Source: the human T2T-CHM13v2.0 reference genome, Homo sapiens
Strand: one strand, 5' to 3'
NCBI RefSeq assembly: GCF_009914755.1
Contig: NC_060928.1
DNA: 64,000 nt
Notes under the pieces: generated by a model
The model's input: the letters and a program-made list of their open reading frames with translations, nothing else
Told to the model about the DNA's origin: nothing
Database searches by the model: none
Translations under genes and position numbers: made by a program
Shown: positions 13,300 through 28,184 of the stretch, piece by piece
How positions within the stretch are numbered: the first letter of the stretch is position 1
Layout of the letters: the number at the start of each line of letters is the position of its first letter

Positions 13300-14330
13300 T
13301 CAACCCCTCTCCTCTCATTCTCCCTTAAATTCACCTCCTGAGGCTTGTGTCCCCACTACACCACCGAAACTGCCCTTTTTGAGGTCATTAATGACTTCTA
13401 AATGCTGCTAAACCAATGGTCGGTAGTCAATGCATACCTTACTTGATCAATTAGAAACATCTAACACAGCTGATCACCCCCTCTTCCTTGATATATTCTC
13501 TTCAGGACAACTCACTTGATTTTTCTCCTACCTAATTGACACTTCTTTCCAGTCTCCTTCATTGGTTCCTCCTCTTCTCCTCAAACCCTTAAGCTTGGAG
13601 TGCCCCCTAGCACAATAGTTAGTCCTCTTGTCCACACTTTATACATTCACACCCTTGGTGATCTCATTGATTTAAATACCACCTATATGTCTATGACCTA
13701 CAAATATTATCAATGGCACAAACCATTCTCCTGAACTCCAGAATTAATTTTCCAGCCAATTTCTCAATATCTTCACTTTGTTGTTTAATAAACACCTCAA
13801 ACTTTCCATATCTGTAACTGAATTCCCAGTCTTCACTTGCAAACCATTCTTCAGCATCTCAGTTAAAGTGGTTGAGCCCCACCTCCCACCTCTACTGTTT
13901 CCTTTCACTTTACTCCAAACACATGCCGTTTTAAGGTTTTGGACCATGCAAACCTTCAAAAGTTCCATTTGAAGACTTTTATTCTGGCTGTTCCCTCTGA
14001 TTGGAATGCTTCTCTTCCAGATGCCTGCATGGCTTACTCAATTCCTTTGTCTTTTTTTGAATTGTTACCTTTTCAGTGATGCCCATCTGTACCATTCTAT
14101 TTGAAAGCCATCCCTGATTCTAAATCCTCCATCCTGTCTATTTTCTTTCATTTCACACTGTACATTTTACCTTCTAACACTATATGGTTTATTATTTGCT
14201 TCCCTTGCCAGAATGTTCAGTTCTAAGATCATTTTTTCTCTGCTTTGTTAAGATATATCTCAAGATTCTAGAACAGTGTTGGCAATATGTTAAGTGCTCA
14301 AGAAATATTAATTAAATGAATAAATGTCCC
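13300..14330 (+). mobile_element. L2 LINE fragment
   Basis: Pyrimidine-rich L2 body ending in gtgctcaagaaatattaattaaatgaataaatg. Confidence 0.6.
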
Positions 14331-14705
14331 GCTTTGAAGTAATGATATACAATTGTACTGATTGCCCCTCAAAAGCAGTATCTCTGTGGTTTTCTTTTTC
14401 GTTTTACAATCACTCTGTTACCCAGAACAAAAATAGAGTTATTATTTCTAGTTCCTGAAGAAGAATTTTTGGATACTTTCACGATTATTTTTGAAACTAA
14501 GGAAAACCCTCTTTCCATCTGTGATACTGCACTCTCTGACTGCTTACTCTTTCATCTTCATTGTCAACTATTCTTACTTCATTTGCCCCTCTATTTTGTT
14601 AGTGTTTCTGTACCATCAATTCTTCTTCCTCTACTCAGTTTTTCTGGGTAATTTCAGACATACCAATGGCTTTAATAAGCCTACTTAAATTTATGATGCG
14701 TGCAT

Positions 14706-15111
14706 TGTATTAGGCTGTTTTTGTGCTGCTGTAAAGGAATACCTGAGCCTGGGTAATTTATAAAGAAAAGAGGTTTAATTTGCTCATGATTCTGCAGGCT
14801 CTACAAGCATGGCACTGGCATCTGCTTAGCTTCTGGGGTGGGCTCTGAGAGATTCTACTCATGGAAGAAGGCAAAGCAGGAGCCGCCATATCACATTGCA
14901 AAAGCAGGAGCAAGAGAGAGAGAGTGGGGTAGGTGTCACACACTTTTAAACAACCAGATCTCGCAAGAACTCACTCACTATAGTGAGGACAATACCAAAC
15001 CATGACGGCTCTGCCCCCATGACCCAAACACCTCCCACCAGGCCCCACCTCCAACACTGAGGATTACAATTCAACATGAGATTCAGAAGGAAAAATATCC
15101 AAACTATCTCA
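14706..15111 (-). mobile_element. MaLR solo LTR (MSTB-like)
   Basis: TGTATTAGGC...ctgggtaatttataaagaaaagaggtttaatt...ccaaactatctCA, about 405 bp. Confidence 0.85.
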
Positions 15112-15179
15112 TGAACTATATGTGAATATCAGATATCTTATATAAGCTTCAGGCCATCTGAATTGATGCCATACAATTA

Positions 15180-15543
15180 TAGTCATGCATTACCAGTGAG
15201 GATACATTCCGAGAAATGCTTCATTTTGTTGTCATGCAAACATCATAGGGTATACTTACGAAAACCTAAATGGGACAACATGTTACACACCTAGGCTACA
15301 TGGTATAGCCTACTGCCCCTTAGGCAACAGACCTGTACAGCATGTTACTGTACTGAGTACTGTAGACAATTATAACACAATGGTATTTGTGTATCTAAAC
15401 ATAGAAAAGATACAGTAAAAATATGATATAAAAGATCAAAGCTAGTACACCTGTATAGAGCAGCTCCATTTTAATTTTATGGGACCAGCATGGTATACAT
15501 GGTCCATTATTGAGCAACCCATCATTATTCAGTGCACGACTGT
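15180..15543 (-). mobile_element. Tigger3a-like (Tc1/mariner) non-autonomous DNA transposon
   Basis: Degenerate inverted termini (agtcatgc...gcacgactg-ta) and internal ctaggctacatggtatagcct...cagcatgttactgtactga. Confidence 0.7.
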
Positions 15544-15789
15544 ATATTGCATTCAAAGTAGGCAACCTGAATTTACTATGTTACTCATACTGTCCACCCA
15601 CACATATACTTTTATACCCACTACCTTTACCTTTTGAAAAACAAAGTTCCCATTTGAAGTGAGTGCTATCTCCTTGACTATCCCAAATTCTATGCGTTGC
15701 ACCTCTTTCTTTTCCTCATCAACTGGCGTTAACTAATCAGCAAATCATTTTAAATATCTTTGGAATAATCTCTGCTTTTCTTTTTCTCC

Positions 15790-16010
15790 AGAACCAGAAT
15801 TCATGGATTTGAGTCCTGGTTCTACTCTATGTTAGCTAATTAGCCTTTAGCAAGTTACTTAACTTCCCTGAGTCTCAATATTCTCACTGTAAGATGAAGA
15901 TAATAATAAATTCTACCTCACTGGGTTATTGTGAAAATTAAAGGAGTTAATGCATGTAAAGCATTCATATCAAGGTCTGGAATACACTCCACAAATATTA
16001 ACCGTTACTG
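15790..16010 (+). mobile_element. MIR SINE
   Basis: MIR core: gcaagttacttaacttccctgagtctcaat...ctgtaagatgaagataataata. Confidence 0.75.
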
Positions 16011-18344
16011 TATATTGCTCTATTACCTTACATGTTTTTTCAGTGACTATTTGTCGTCTTTAGGAAGAATTGTAAATACCTTAACATAGTTTGCAACCTC
16101 TTTGAAATCTATCCTTCACTTACCAATCTTGCCACTGAACCCCTTATACTCTCTGCTCTACCATAAGGAATTTGTTTTCAGTTTCTTTGCAGTGCCTATT
16201 CTCTTTCACCTCTGTGCCTGTAAGTACACTCTGTGCCCTTTGCCTCTTTGTTCAGCGTTGAGTTTCATCTTGGAATTCTCCTACTTCATGGAGCTTTTCC
16301 AATACAGAGCTTGAACCCTATGTTTCCATCATTATAATGCTTGCCATGTTGGATTTTAATTACTTGTTTAATTGCCTGGCCTCACTATATTGCCATTACC
16401 TTGAGGGAAGGGAGAACATCTGTCTTTCTTGCTGCATCCCAGTTGACTGCCACATTGAAGATGCTCAGTTAATATTTGTTGAATGAATATTAGGTTAGCA
16501 AGGAGTTTAAGTCAGGTCTGTAGATCCATTTAATTCCTGTAACATGATAGAGATTTATTTGACAGCATTTGGTCATTTCATTCTAAAGTAGAATTAAAAA
16601 GTGATACGATCAAATACAGTTTGCAAAAAGACAATGCTTTTTTTAAAAAAAAAAAATAAGAGGTCTCTTAAAGACACAGTCTGTTCTATGAAATTTTAGT
16701 TTCACCTTGTTTTACTCTTAAAGGTCCCTATTACTATATTAAGGTCACTTGTGTTATATGATTTAATTTTAATTAAGACTTGAAAATGCCAGCACTTCAC
16801 TGTAATATAAAAGGTAGTTCAGAGATTAGTAGTTTTATATACTTAATAATATTAAATGACAGTGGTTATAAAAAGTACCTTAGGTTTATTGATCAGATGT
16901 ATAAATATCAGTCACTCAACTTGACTTGTAATAAAAAACCTGCAAGTTATAAACTGTTTTGAAGACACTTCTAACACTTGACCTTTACATTTTGATTTGA
17001 ATCAATATCTAAACGCATATTGCAGTACAATGTGTCCTATTCAGTAATGATTTTAAACTTTTGCTTCATTTTACTTTATTTTCAACTGATAAACCTTATA
17101 TCAAGAAATCAAAGAATTAAAGAAAATTTTGTTTTTATTATTTCAAATTATAAATCAATGGATACTATTTTCATCTGTCTATCTATCTATCTATCTACAG
17201 TGTATACATTCAGAAAGCAATAAATGGGAGCAGAGACCTGAAAACTTATTTTTCTTCCTTAATATATCCTGATATTTAGATGTGAAGAAAAATGTTTAAA
17301 TGTAACTGTATATATAATATAATAAAAATAATAATATAAAATAGCATTATTCAGCGTGATTATGGCATATATTGCTAAGGAAATAATGCATTCAGGAAAA
17401 CATATTTAAAAAGTGGAAGTAGAGTAAAATATAATTTATATTACTAGGCCGTTTTTCAAAAGAGTTTAAGCAATTCATTAGTATAAATGTATCTATTACT
17501 ATGAAATAATTGTTCCCAGCTTTCAAATGGGCTGCCTAATACCAATTTGCTTTTTTTATTTTACCATCATCAACTTGCTCATTATGTACTTTAGCTTTGG
17601 ATTTCCTCTTCGGAGTCAAAGAAAATGTATTCATCCTTTAGCGTCTAACTCAAAAATAAACATTTTCTGGGATGTTTTTATGGTCCTCCTCAGCAAGAGT
17701 CTATTACTTTTGTACTGTATGCTGTGGGTTTCTAGATCTGTTTTGTGCTGGAGCATAGGTAAATTGAAGAAAAACTCTTATGTTTTTCTTCTCTAACCTC
17801 ATTCAACAGTGCCTTACCTAGGTCTTTACACATAATACGTATCTAATGAAATCTTGTTAAATTACATTGGAAATTACCTTTGGAAACATTATGGAAAACT
17901 TTTTATAAGATAAATATGCATTTCTTATTCATAGTGTCCTGTATGCACTACAATAACCTGTGGTTCAGATTTTCTTCTTCTGAACTCTGTCATCTTAACT
18001 TCGTCTCATTCACCCTGCCTCCCTCCCAAATCATGGTGATATCTGAACACGTTATTCTCTCAGAAGTCTTTGGGGAGACAGGGCAAAAATTAAAGAAATA
18101 AAAAAGGATGCTTTCAGTTTTCCTATTGTATATAATGGCATTAATAATTTGATAATAAAAGTAACTTACCTTTGTGTGATAAATATTAATGAATACCCAA
18201 ATGGTATCACGGCACTAAAATTTACTCCGAGAAAACACAAATGAATATGATGTCTTCTCTAAGGACATGATAGTCTGGTGAGAAAATCAGAACAAATATA
18301 GATAATTCTGTTAAAGATAAATAAATACTGAAATGGGAGCTTTC

Positions 18345-18684
18345 TGTGGTCTGACTGCTTGTGTCTCCCCATAATTCATGTGTTGAAACTTACTCCCCGG
18401 TATAGTGGTGTTGGGAGGTGGGGCTTCTGGTGGGGTGATTAGGCCAAGAGAACAAAGCCTTCATGAATGAATGGTACTAGTGCCCTTACAAAGGAGGCCC
18501 GAGATAATTTGTTTCTCCCTTGTACCATGTGAGGATGCAGAGTGAAACCTCACCAGACAATGAATCTGCAGGTACCTTGATCTTGAGCTTCTCAGCTTCC
18601 AGAACTGTGAGCAATAAATTTCTGTGGTTTATAAAATTGTCCAGTCTAAGGTATTTTGTTCTAGCAGCCCAAATGGACTAAGAG
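18345..18684 (+). mobile_element. MaLR solo LTR (MLT1A-like)
   Basis: aattcatgtgttgaaact...cttctcagcttccagaactgtgagcaataaattt...gcagcccaaatggactaaga. Confidence 0.8.
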
Positions 18685-19172
18685 CCCACTGGGGTATTGA
18701 TTCTCTGAAGTGAGACTAATTCAAGAAAGTATTGGCTAGTTAATAAGTTTTATCATTTCTAGTTATTCTTTGCTCTTATACTCATCAAACTAATAACTTC
18801 AGAGATTTTTATTTTAGCTGATATGAAAATGGAGAAAACTGACTTACATATGAGTTATCCTGCATGGCAAATCCCTCAGCCAAGAGTTAGGGAACACTGC
18901 TTTTGGCTCTTGTAAATGAGACAGCATCTCCTCCTTCATAAAGCTTGCCGTCTGTCCAATGGGAGGTTTAAGATAGTTGTGCAGGGAAACAAATATGAGA
19001 CATCTTTAGATAATGACGTATGACACAAAGAAAACAAAACAGGTAATAGGTTTAAGGATGGGGGGATTCCCCTCCCCGCCCCCCAGTTGTGCTAATAATG
19101 GAAGACCTCTTGGAGCAGATGATATTTGAGATAAAACCTGAATGAGCTAGTGACTTAAAAACTTGTCTGCAA

Positions 19173-19517
<345 letters not shown>

Positions 19518-20699
19518 CTATTGGGGTATTTATTTTTACGTTTTTCAAATGGAGGAAGGGGGGTAACTAGGTTCCCCCAGATGATTCTGCTTACTTTCGT
19601 AGTTTGATATTTACTGCTTACCTGGATAAGAAGTGCCACTCATGTGTTTCTCATCATTCATTATTTTGTGTATTCTTCCTGAGAAATCTTAAGCTATTTC
19701 ACAAATACATCCTCTTGGAATAATGACAAAAGTTGTCATTGCAAAAATATGTAGCAGTTTTTCCCAAAGGTTTTTGCAGTAGTTATAACAAATAAACTCT
19801 GTATTTTGAAATATAGAAAGTGTAATTATAAAGTATATAACATCTTAACGAACATGTCAGAGTTATATGCTATGAGTAATATTCGTCAACTGAATTTGCC
19901 TAAGGTCTGAATTTAATGATAAGAGTCCTAATAATGTCGCATTAAAAAATAATGCAAATGTGTATCTAGTAGGATATGGTATGTCCATAATCTTGGTGTG
20001 AATCAAAATGACTTTTGGCTCTTTCCCATTTATATTCGATTTTTAGAAACAGTCAAAAGTCACTGAGAGTTTAGTGAGTATACTGTACAATGAAAAGGAT
20101 AATACTCACCCGTACCTACCCTCAAATTGAAATATAATGAGTCTTATGTTGAGCTTATGAAAATAATGCAAATAACTAGTTGGAGAAAAAAAATTATTTT
20201 GTGACCAGATGTCATAGTGTGTGAATAAAATATACAATACATAAATGTATAAGGAAATCCAAATATAGGTATTCATTGAGGAGTTGTAGCTATTTAATTA
20301 ACCTTCATTTAGCTAGTAAAGGGACATGTCAGCAAGCTTCAGAAAGTTTAAATCATTTATGATTATAAAGCTTCTAAGATGGACTTAATTGTGCTGTCTC
20401 ACTAGCAGAAAAGGGGTCACATTATTTAAGTCTCTAAAAAACTCATTATGAACTATTTAATACACATGTTGCCTTTACTCTCCAATTCCTCAAAGCTCCA
20501 GGTAGTATAGGCTTCTGTAGTTGTGTAAGAGACCAAATTATGAAGATTGCATTACCGAAGATTTATTCCTTCCAGATTTCAATTCAGTGTGGCTATTTAG
20601 CAATTATCAGACATGAAATGTGCTTTCTAAGTGAAGACGTCCCTTCTTCCTACACTGTACTGTGATATCAAGCAAAAGTAAAAACAAGGTTGCAACTTG

Positions 20700-20880
20700 A
20701 GCACTTGTTATGAGCCAGAAAACTTTCTGAGATGATTATATTATCATACCACATTTGTAGATGAAGTATAGAGAAGTTAAGTAACTTGCCCAATGTCACA
20801 CAGTAAGAGGCACTGTGCAGGTACAATTCGGGGATGTGGTTCCAAATCCCACACTCTGATTTTACAGAATACTGTCTCTC
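20700..20880 (-). mobile_element. MIR SINE
   Basis: Reverse core: agagaagttaagtaacttgcccaatgtcacacag. Confidence 0.6.
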
Positions 20881-21367
20881 TATCCTTGTGTAAACATTTC
20901 CTTGCAGTTATACTTAAGCAACTGTGAACAGGTGCGTTTTTGAGCAGATTAAATAAATGTTAAATTGGTGTCATAACTCACCAAATTCTAGGTTTGGGGG
21001 CCACATTTTGAGTGTGTTGCTTTTTAGTAAATTTGGCAATTGTTTGGGCTTTAGTAGAAAGCTTCCCTAAAGACTGCCTTATCTTGAAGAATACACTTGT
21101 TGAAAACTTATAACTATGAAAAAATATTGCACCTTGTAGTTTTTTAGTTGCAAAACTAAGATAAATTAATAAATGGTGCCTTTGATTTATTTGCCATCAG
21201 TTCAAAGACATACAAAGTTTTTTAGATAAAGCAGTCTGTTGTAAACAGGTTCCTGAATCTGTTCATTAGTTTATATATATATATATTTACACACGTACAC
21301 ACACATATACATTCATATATATATACACATACACATACATACAGTCTTTTATGTATATATATATTTA

Positions 21368-22185
21368 ATGGAGTCTTTCAGGTTTTCTGTATATAAGATC
21401 ATGTCATCTGCAGACAGGGACAATTTTACTTTTTCATTTCAGTTTGGATGCCTATTATTATTATTACCTAATTGCTCTGGCTAAGGACTTCAAATACTAT
21501 GTTGAATAGTGGCAAGAGTGGGCACCTTTGCCTTGTTTTTGATCTTAGAGGGAAAGCTTTCAGGTTTTCGTTGTGGAGTATGATGTTATCTAAGAGCTTT
21601 TATACATGGCCTTTATCATGTTGAAGTAACTTCCTTCTGTTCCTAGTTTGTTGAGCTTTTATCATGAAAGGTGCTGACTTTTGTCAAACACTTTTTATGC
21701 ATCTATTAAGACAATCATGTGATATCCTTTATTCTGTTAATGTGGTGTATCACATTTGTTGATTTTTGTATGTTGAACTCTCCCTGTATCCAGGGATAAA
21801 TTGCACTTGATCATGGTTTATAATTTTTTTCTTAAATGCTGTTGGATTTAGTTTGCTAGCATTTTGTTGAGAATTTTTGCATCTGTATTCATCAGGATAT
21901 GGCCTGCAGTTTTCTCGTGGTGTCTAAGTCTGGCTTTGGTGTCAAAGTAATGCTAGCCTCATAAAAAGGTGTTTGGAAGTGTCCCCTCCTCTTATATTCT
22001 TTTGGAGTTTGAGAAGGACTGGTGTTAATTCTTCTTTAAGTGTAGAAAAATTGAGTAGAATTCACCAGTGAAGCTATCTGATCCTGAGCTTTTCTTTGTT
22101 GGGAGGCTCTGATTACTGACTCAATCTCCGTATTAGTTGTAGGTCTATTCAGAATTTCTATTTTTTCCTGATTTAGTCTTGGAAC
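21368..22185 (-). mobile_element. Old L1M ORF2 (RT region) fragment
   Basis: Homologous to L1 ORF2 antisense (gatcatgtcatctgcagacagggacaat). The ORF track shows PRLNQEKIEILNRPTTNTEIE. Confidence 0.85.
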
Positions 22186-24119
22186 ATGTTCTTTCTTAGA
22201 ACATTCTCGGAGTTGACCATAGTTGTTTCTTTTTCCTTTTTTCTCATCTTGTATTTTTTTTAAATTATGAAAATAAAAACAACGAAGGACAGAACAGAAA
22301 TATATTATCCCCAATAAAATTTCCCCTTAGGTAAGATTTTAATTAATTATTATAAGATTATTAACTAACTATTAAGATTATCAGCAGCTAAAATGGCTGC
22401 TCCATAAGGAACAGACATAATTTCTGTTGCATGTGGGATTTTCAGAGCATTTTTAATGAATTCACAGTATCATCTAATCCCTGAAGGAATACTTCTTTAC
22501 ACTGAAGAGGTCCAAGTTCTCTGTTTGGCTTCAGAAAATATCTAAAGTTTTTTTATTTTTATTTTTATTTTTTTGGTTTCCTATCTGGCACCTCTTTTTT
22601 TGGCATATCCTGTTGGCATTGCCCTTATAGAGAACTTCCAGGAAAGCGGATCATTTTGTTGTGATCCAGAAGTACTTTTGTCTGGCTACTAGGTCACGCT
22701 TTACACCAAGAACAAATGACGGAGCTAAGCACACTATATGAAAACGTCCAGTGTTTAAACTCGTGAGAGACTTTTTCGATTTGTTTGTGTTGTTTCTCTT
22801 TTAAAAAATAATCCAAAGCATGCAAGTTGTGAGTAGGATTATTTTACTTAAAAGTACAGTGATGTTGATTTTTGGCCAAAACTTGGAATAGCTGGGAAAA
22901 TATCAAGAAAAAAACAACTTGTATCAAAAGGCAAATTAGTTTTTGAAGCTGGTGTTAATTGGCAGCCAAGGTGTTTCATTATGAAGCTGCATTTTTAACA
23001 GTTGTTACTTGGTTACTATGAAAACACCAGCCAGGAGAAAACACTGCATTGTGGAGGGTATTTCTCTAGTCTCTCCCAGCCCCTCGGCCAATGTGTCAAT
23101 AATGTGAGTCCTGTTTTAAAACACTTATGTGCTGCCTGTTAACTGTGCCTGTGTTGGCTGTTTATTCAACTTTATTTCTGGATTAGATGCGTATTTCATA
23201 ATGAATTGGGTTCAGGGATGATCACTTTCAAGCTGCAGGTATTGTATTTTTCTGTTTTGCAATTCTCTATGTTTGAATGAAACCCAAGACCTTACTGGAA
23301 GAACTGTTTTTCTTTTTAACCTACAGCATAAAGCAAACCACAGGAAATATATAAATTGTAACTACAGAGATGATTCTTTTGGATGAAGCAATGAGAATTG
23401 TAGTGCTTTGTATCTATGTGTGGGTGTACCTACTGCTGATTTTTTAAAAGATAAAACACCTGAGGACCATAGGTAGTAAGGTTCAACTGTTTATTCCCCT
23501 CCCTAGTAGTAAACAGCATGAAGGAGGTTTCTCTTTATACATAACATATCCAAAGCCCCTGGGAGTATGTATGCTTTGATATTTTCCCCATTCTGACATT
23601 TTACTAGCTGGCTAAAAACAAATAGGTTTGCTATGTGAGTCATCAACCTATAAGCAACAAATTCTTGGATTGTCACATTTATGGTCATCCTTTTAATCTC
23701 TGTTGTGTTCAGCATCCAGTTTTATGGTAACCTACAGAAAAAAATTATTTTCTCTGAGTCATGTGGTAAAACTCTTGGTTGAATTTTTTTTTCAACAGTT
23801 CCCCAGCCAAATAATTTAATTATGTGATCATAGTCTTGTTGAAGCTTGTGCTATTGATTCTAAGAAGCAAGCATGCCTTTATTTGTTGTCCTTCAAAACA
23901 AAAACAGGTTTTCCTCTTGCGTTGCAAAGTCTCAGCTAGGGTTTTACAGAACAAAATAATGAATGCTTCTGCTGCAGCATGTCACAGGGGAGGCTGGGAC
24001 AATACTGAACTCATGCACACACTGCTGATCCTTGCTTGCTGGGCAACATGTACACCTGGATTTCTGACAGCTATGTGGGTTCACTAGAGACCTCTGTCAT
24101 TCTTTTCATCCTCTTATAG

Positions 24120-24303
24120 GCAATGGTCGAGACAGTTAACAACCTCCTTCAGCCACAAGCTTTGAATGCATGGAGAGACCTGACTACGAGTGATCAGCTG
24201 CGTGCGGCCACCATGTTGCTTCATACTGTGGAGGAAAGTGCTTTTGTGCTGGCTGATAACCTTTTGAAGACTGACATTGTCAGGGAGAACACAGACAATA
24301 TTA
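24120..24303 (+). CDS. ADGRL3: ADGRL3 exon, GAIN subdomain A (AMVETVNNLLQPQ...VRENTDNI), 184 nt, phase 0-1
   Basis: Acceptor tcttatag|GCAATGGTC, donor AATATTA|gtaagt, open translation. Confidence 0.96.
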
Positions 24304-25202
24304 GTAAGTGGCCTTTGTTATTCAGAAGGTCCAGACACTCTTGTATATCAGAAGAGGGAAAAGAAAAAAGTATCTCTGGTGTCCTAGATATGAGTGATGC
24401 TTTATTTCAATGGAGAAAAGTCATTCTTTTTCTAAAATAAAGAGGGCATCACTTGTCATTGGCTTAAAAGGATACAAGATCATGTGTGCTATCTTTCTTA
24501 GGACATTTCAATATTAGGTTCAAAATTGAAAACATAGTAGCCTGAGATCACTTACAGTGAGGTTCGTTTTTTTAAAGGACTTTTATGTATGTATTACACT
24601 ATTTAAAATTTCATCCTCTTAATACAGGACTGTTAGGAGTTATTTCAGTTATAATGAGAGTATCTTTGAATTCACATTATAAAGAAATAAGTCATTTGAG
24701 TGAAAATGATAAAACAGTGTTTGATAATCTTGTTATTTGGCTTATAAAGGATATCAGTCTATTTTTATTGTGGATTAGGAGTAGCTGACAGTTTTATTTC
24801 AGAAGTTAGGAAAAAGCTGTTTGAAATTTACTGGGCTTAAAGATAGTTTAATATTGATATGATAGTACAGCTCTAGATTATCAAAGGATTTTTATTTAAT
24901 TTATAAAATAAAGATTATATTTTGAAACTTAAGACCAATGACAATGTATTAGAATTTGGGATTGAATTTAAATTTTAGGCTTTATTATTGACATGTTTGT
25001 ATTATTTACATAATTTTAGTAACTTTTTTGCATTATTTTGATAAAATACTAACAATATATTTTCTTAAAGATTTTCATAAAGCATGACAAATAGAATAAG
25101 AATTCCAGTATTTTGATTTCAGAAATACTGCAATGGTTTAGGAAATTATTGTAGCTTAGGTATGTTTCTCAATGAGCACTGATATCTCTTTGATATTAAC
25201 AG

Positions 25203-25325
25203 AATTGGAAGTTGCAAGACTGAGCACAGAAGGAAACTTAGAAGACCTAAAATTTCCAGAAAACATGGGCCATGGAAGCACTATCCAGCTGTCTGCAAAT
25301 ACCTTAAAGCAAAATGGCCGAAATG
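25203..25325 (+). CDS. ADGRL3: ADGRL3 exon ([11 protein letters not shown]...LKQNGRN), 123 nt, phase 1-1
   Basis: Acceptor ttaacag|AATTGGAA, donor CGAAATG|gtaggt. In frame with both neighbours. Confidence 0.95.
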
Positions 25326-26058
25326 GTAGGTTAGAGTTTATTTTTTAAGCTTGAGGGAATTGAACTTGCATCAGTTCATTTCTTTTTGGCCGGGAATATT
25401 AGGTCCACTATTTAGGAGCTTTTCCCCTCTTCCTCTTCCTACACTATTCTCTTTCTCCTCCTCTTCCTCCTCTTTCTACTGTACAGCACCATCAATATTA
25501 CAGTGATATTTGTTGTACAAAATTCTCAGATTTGGAAATTGTTCCATTACTTTTCAGTTGTAAGAAACTTAAATATGAAGGAAATTATGGACAAGAAAAT
25601 ACAGAGGATCTGACATCTTTCCTCAAAAAGAGGAACTCTCACTGAGTTTGCAGATTTCACTTGTAAAATTTTTAATGTAAATTTTACTTGTAATTAAAAA
25701 AATATTTTTTGGTTATTCAGCTTCTTTTTGAGAGTGTTTTTGTGCTTTTCTTTGCAAAGCATACAAACATTTAAATGTAAGGAGATGATTTTGGGAAATT
25801 GAACTGTAAATCAGCTTAGCTTCTTACTAAATTGAATACACTGAAAATAATTAAAATTCAATAAATAATCTTATAAAGTATGTCCACATTTCACTAATAT
25901 TAAAAAATGTTTAAACGTACACACATATATGTGCATGTATCTGTATGTGTGTATATATGTATGTATAGATGTGTGTGTATATATATATAAATATGTATAT
26001 ATTTACATCTCCTCTAAAGTAGACCCCTCTTTCCCATATTTGTACATATGTACATATG

Positions 26059-26061
<3 letters not shown>

Positions 26062-26108
<47 letters not shown>
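26062..26108. repeat. (CA)n microsatellite, preceded by TA/TG-rich low-complexity sequence
   Basis: About 23 perfect AC units. Confidence 0.95.
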
Positions 26109-26111
<3 letters not shown>

Positions 26112-27209
26112 ATATATTTCTCTTTTGCCAAGAAAGGGAGATCATTTAATCTGCCAAGTGATAGGAAGATGACCTCAGTTCCTAGCAACCAACTTAATAC
26201 TAATATTTCATATTGCAGGGTGAATAGTTTTGATAAATGATATCAAGAAAAACAACTTACATTTGTTGTCATCTGAATAAAATGGTCTGTAAATGTTAGA
26301 AATATTGTAAGACTAAACTTAGAAATCATTTTTGTGTTACTCATTTGACTAAGAAAATTTTGAGACAGCAATAAGATTCAGTAGAGCAAAATTAGATTCC
26401 TGCATTAGCTTCCTAAATCGTTTCCCTGCCTCCACTCTTTTGCCCTCCAACAGTATAGCCTGTTGACAAAGGGTTCTTCTGAAGCATACATCTGACCAGT
26501 TGACCTCCAATTACACTTAGAATGAAATCTCATGACTTAACTAGGCCCGCCACATGCTACCTGGTCCACTTCCTTCCTGCCTCATTTGCCACACCTCACA
26601 TTTGTCTTCAGCATGTTCTGTGTGATCCAGACAGAGTAATCTTGATTCTGGTTCTTGAACACACCAAGCATGTTCCTGCATCAGGTTTGGGGCATTTTTT
26701 TTTTTTTTGCATTTTTTTAAACCTTTCTTCTTAGAATACAATTTTTACATTTTTTTTGAATGGCAGCCTCTCTATCATTCACTTTTTAGAATAAGTCTAC
26801 CTCTATAGGGAGAGTCTTCCCTATCTCCTCTAACGTAGACTCCTCTTTCCCAATCACTCTTTCCCCATTAGCCATGATTATGCCAATGTTTCTTCATAGC
26901 ATTTATTCACTTACCATTATAAGAAATAACATTATTATTATTTTTTAATCTTCCTGCTTATTGCCTAGTCTCCCTCCAGGCAGTAAGTTCCATGAAAGCA
27001 GAGGCCTTGTCTAATCTTGTTCACTGATGTAACCCTAGTACTTCAGTGCCTGGTCCATCTATACATCTATATACTCACTACTTACGTATACAATAAATGT
27101 GTGAACCTTCAGACGAAAAGCTGTGTATCTGAAGACATGTAGAAATATATTAGTCAAATTAAGTTGTGTGTTCATTTGTTTTCTAAATTAACATATAGTT
27201 TTTCTGTGT

Positions 27210-27381
<172 letters not shown>

Positions 27382-27639
27382 TAAGCATTAATTTTGGAGC
27401 AGAGAATATGAAAGAATTGCCAGTGACTAAGTGTGCTGGTAACTCACGGTGGGATGGCAAAATGACACCATCCCAGAAGTGGAAATTGGCATGAATTATC
27501 AGCCAATTATAAACCAATTAAAATTAAAGTTTTTAATGTCAACAAGAAAAATGCATGGATGTTCTTAATTTTCACCTTTCAAAAATCAGCATTTTAATAT
27601 CAAATCTAGAGGGAAAGAACAAAATTAAATTATGTTATA

Positions 27640-28140
27640 ACAGATAAGTCTTTAGTGAATTACTATGATTTGCTCAGTACTGTATTAACACTTGTAGATT
27701 AGATAAGAATGCTCTCTTCCATTATGTAGCTCTCATCATAATCTCTTTGCTGGATTACTGAAATGATAATGGATATCTCATAGAATCACTGAAAAGGCTG
27801 GAGAATCAGTCCCAGAAGATATACTAGAGCAAGGAGGCTGACAGCAGCCTTTACCACATCACAGAATCACTGCTGTGAAATGTCACTGCTGCCGCAAGTG
27901 AACTCTGTTGCAGTAACTGTGCTGCCGCTGCTGCTGCTGCTATTGCTGTACCACTTCCTGCTTCTTTGTGTCACTAGCTCCTCATCTGGTATCTGAGGCT
28001 TCTGCATCTGATTGGATGCATCTAGCGGAAGTGCCCAGAGCAACGTCTCCGCAATAAGCTAGGAAAGCAAATATATGTCCATTTTGTGTCTATAAATTCT
28101 GAAAAGTAGGGAATTTCCCAAACATGGGAGTTAGATGTTA
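27640..28140. mobile_element. Old MaLR LTR (MLT1-like) containing a short (CTG)n
   Basis: tagaatcactgaaaaggctggagaatcag...catctgattgg...gctaggaaagcaa pattern. Confidence 0.4.
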
Positions 28141-28152
28141 AATAACCCTCCT

Positions 28153-28184
<32 letters not shown>

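Noticed and set aside
24123-24440. ORF-track proteins at 24123, 36220 and 37452 as independent genes
   Set aside because: They are ADGRL3 exons read through their GT donors into intron.
25911-26240. CV/TH-repeat ORFs
   Set aside because: Translations of the (CA)n and TA-rich microsatellite.
27920-27948. (CTG)n as a pathogenic-type triplet repeat
   Set aside because: Short and interrupted, embedded in an old LTR.
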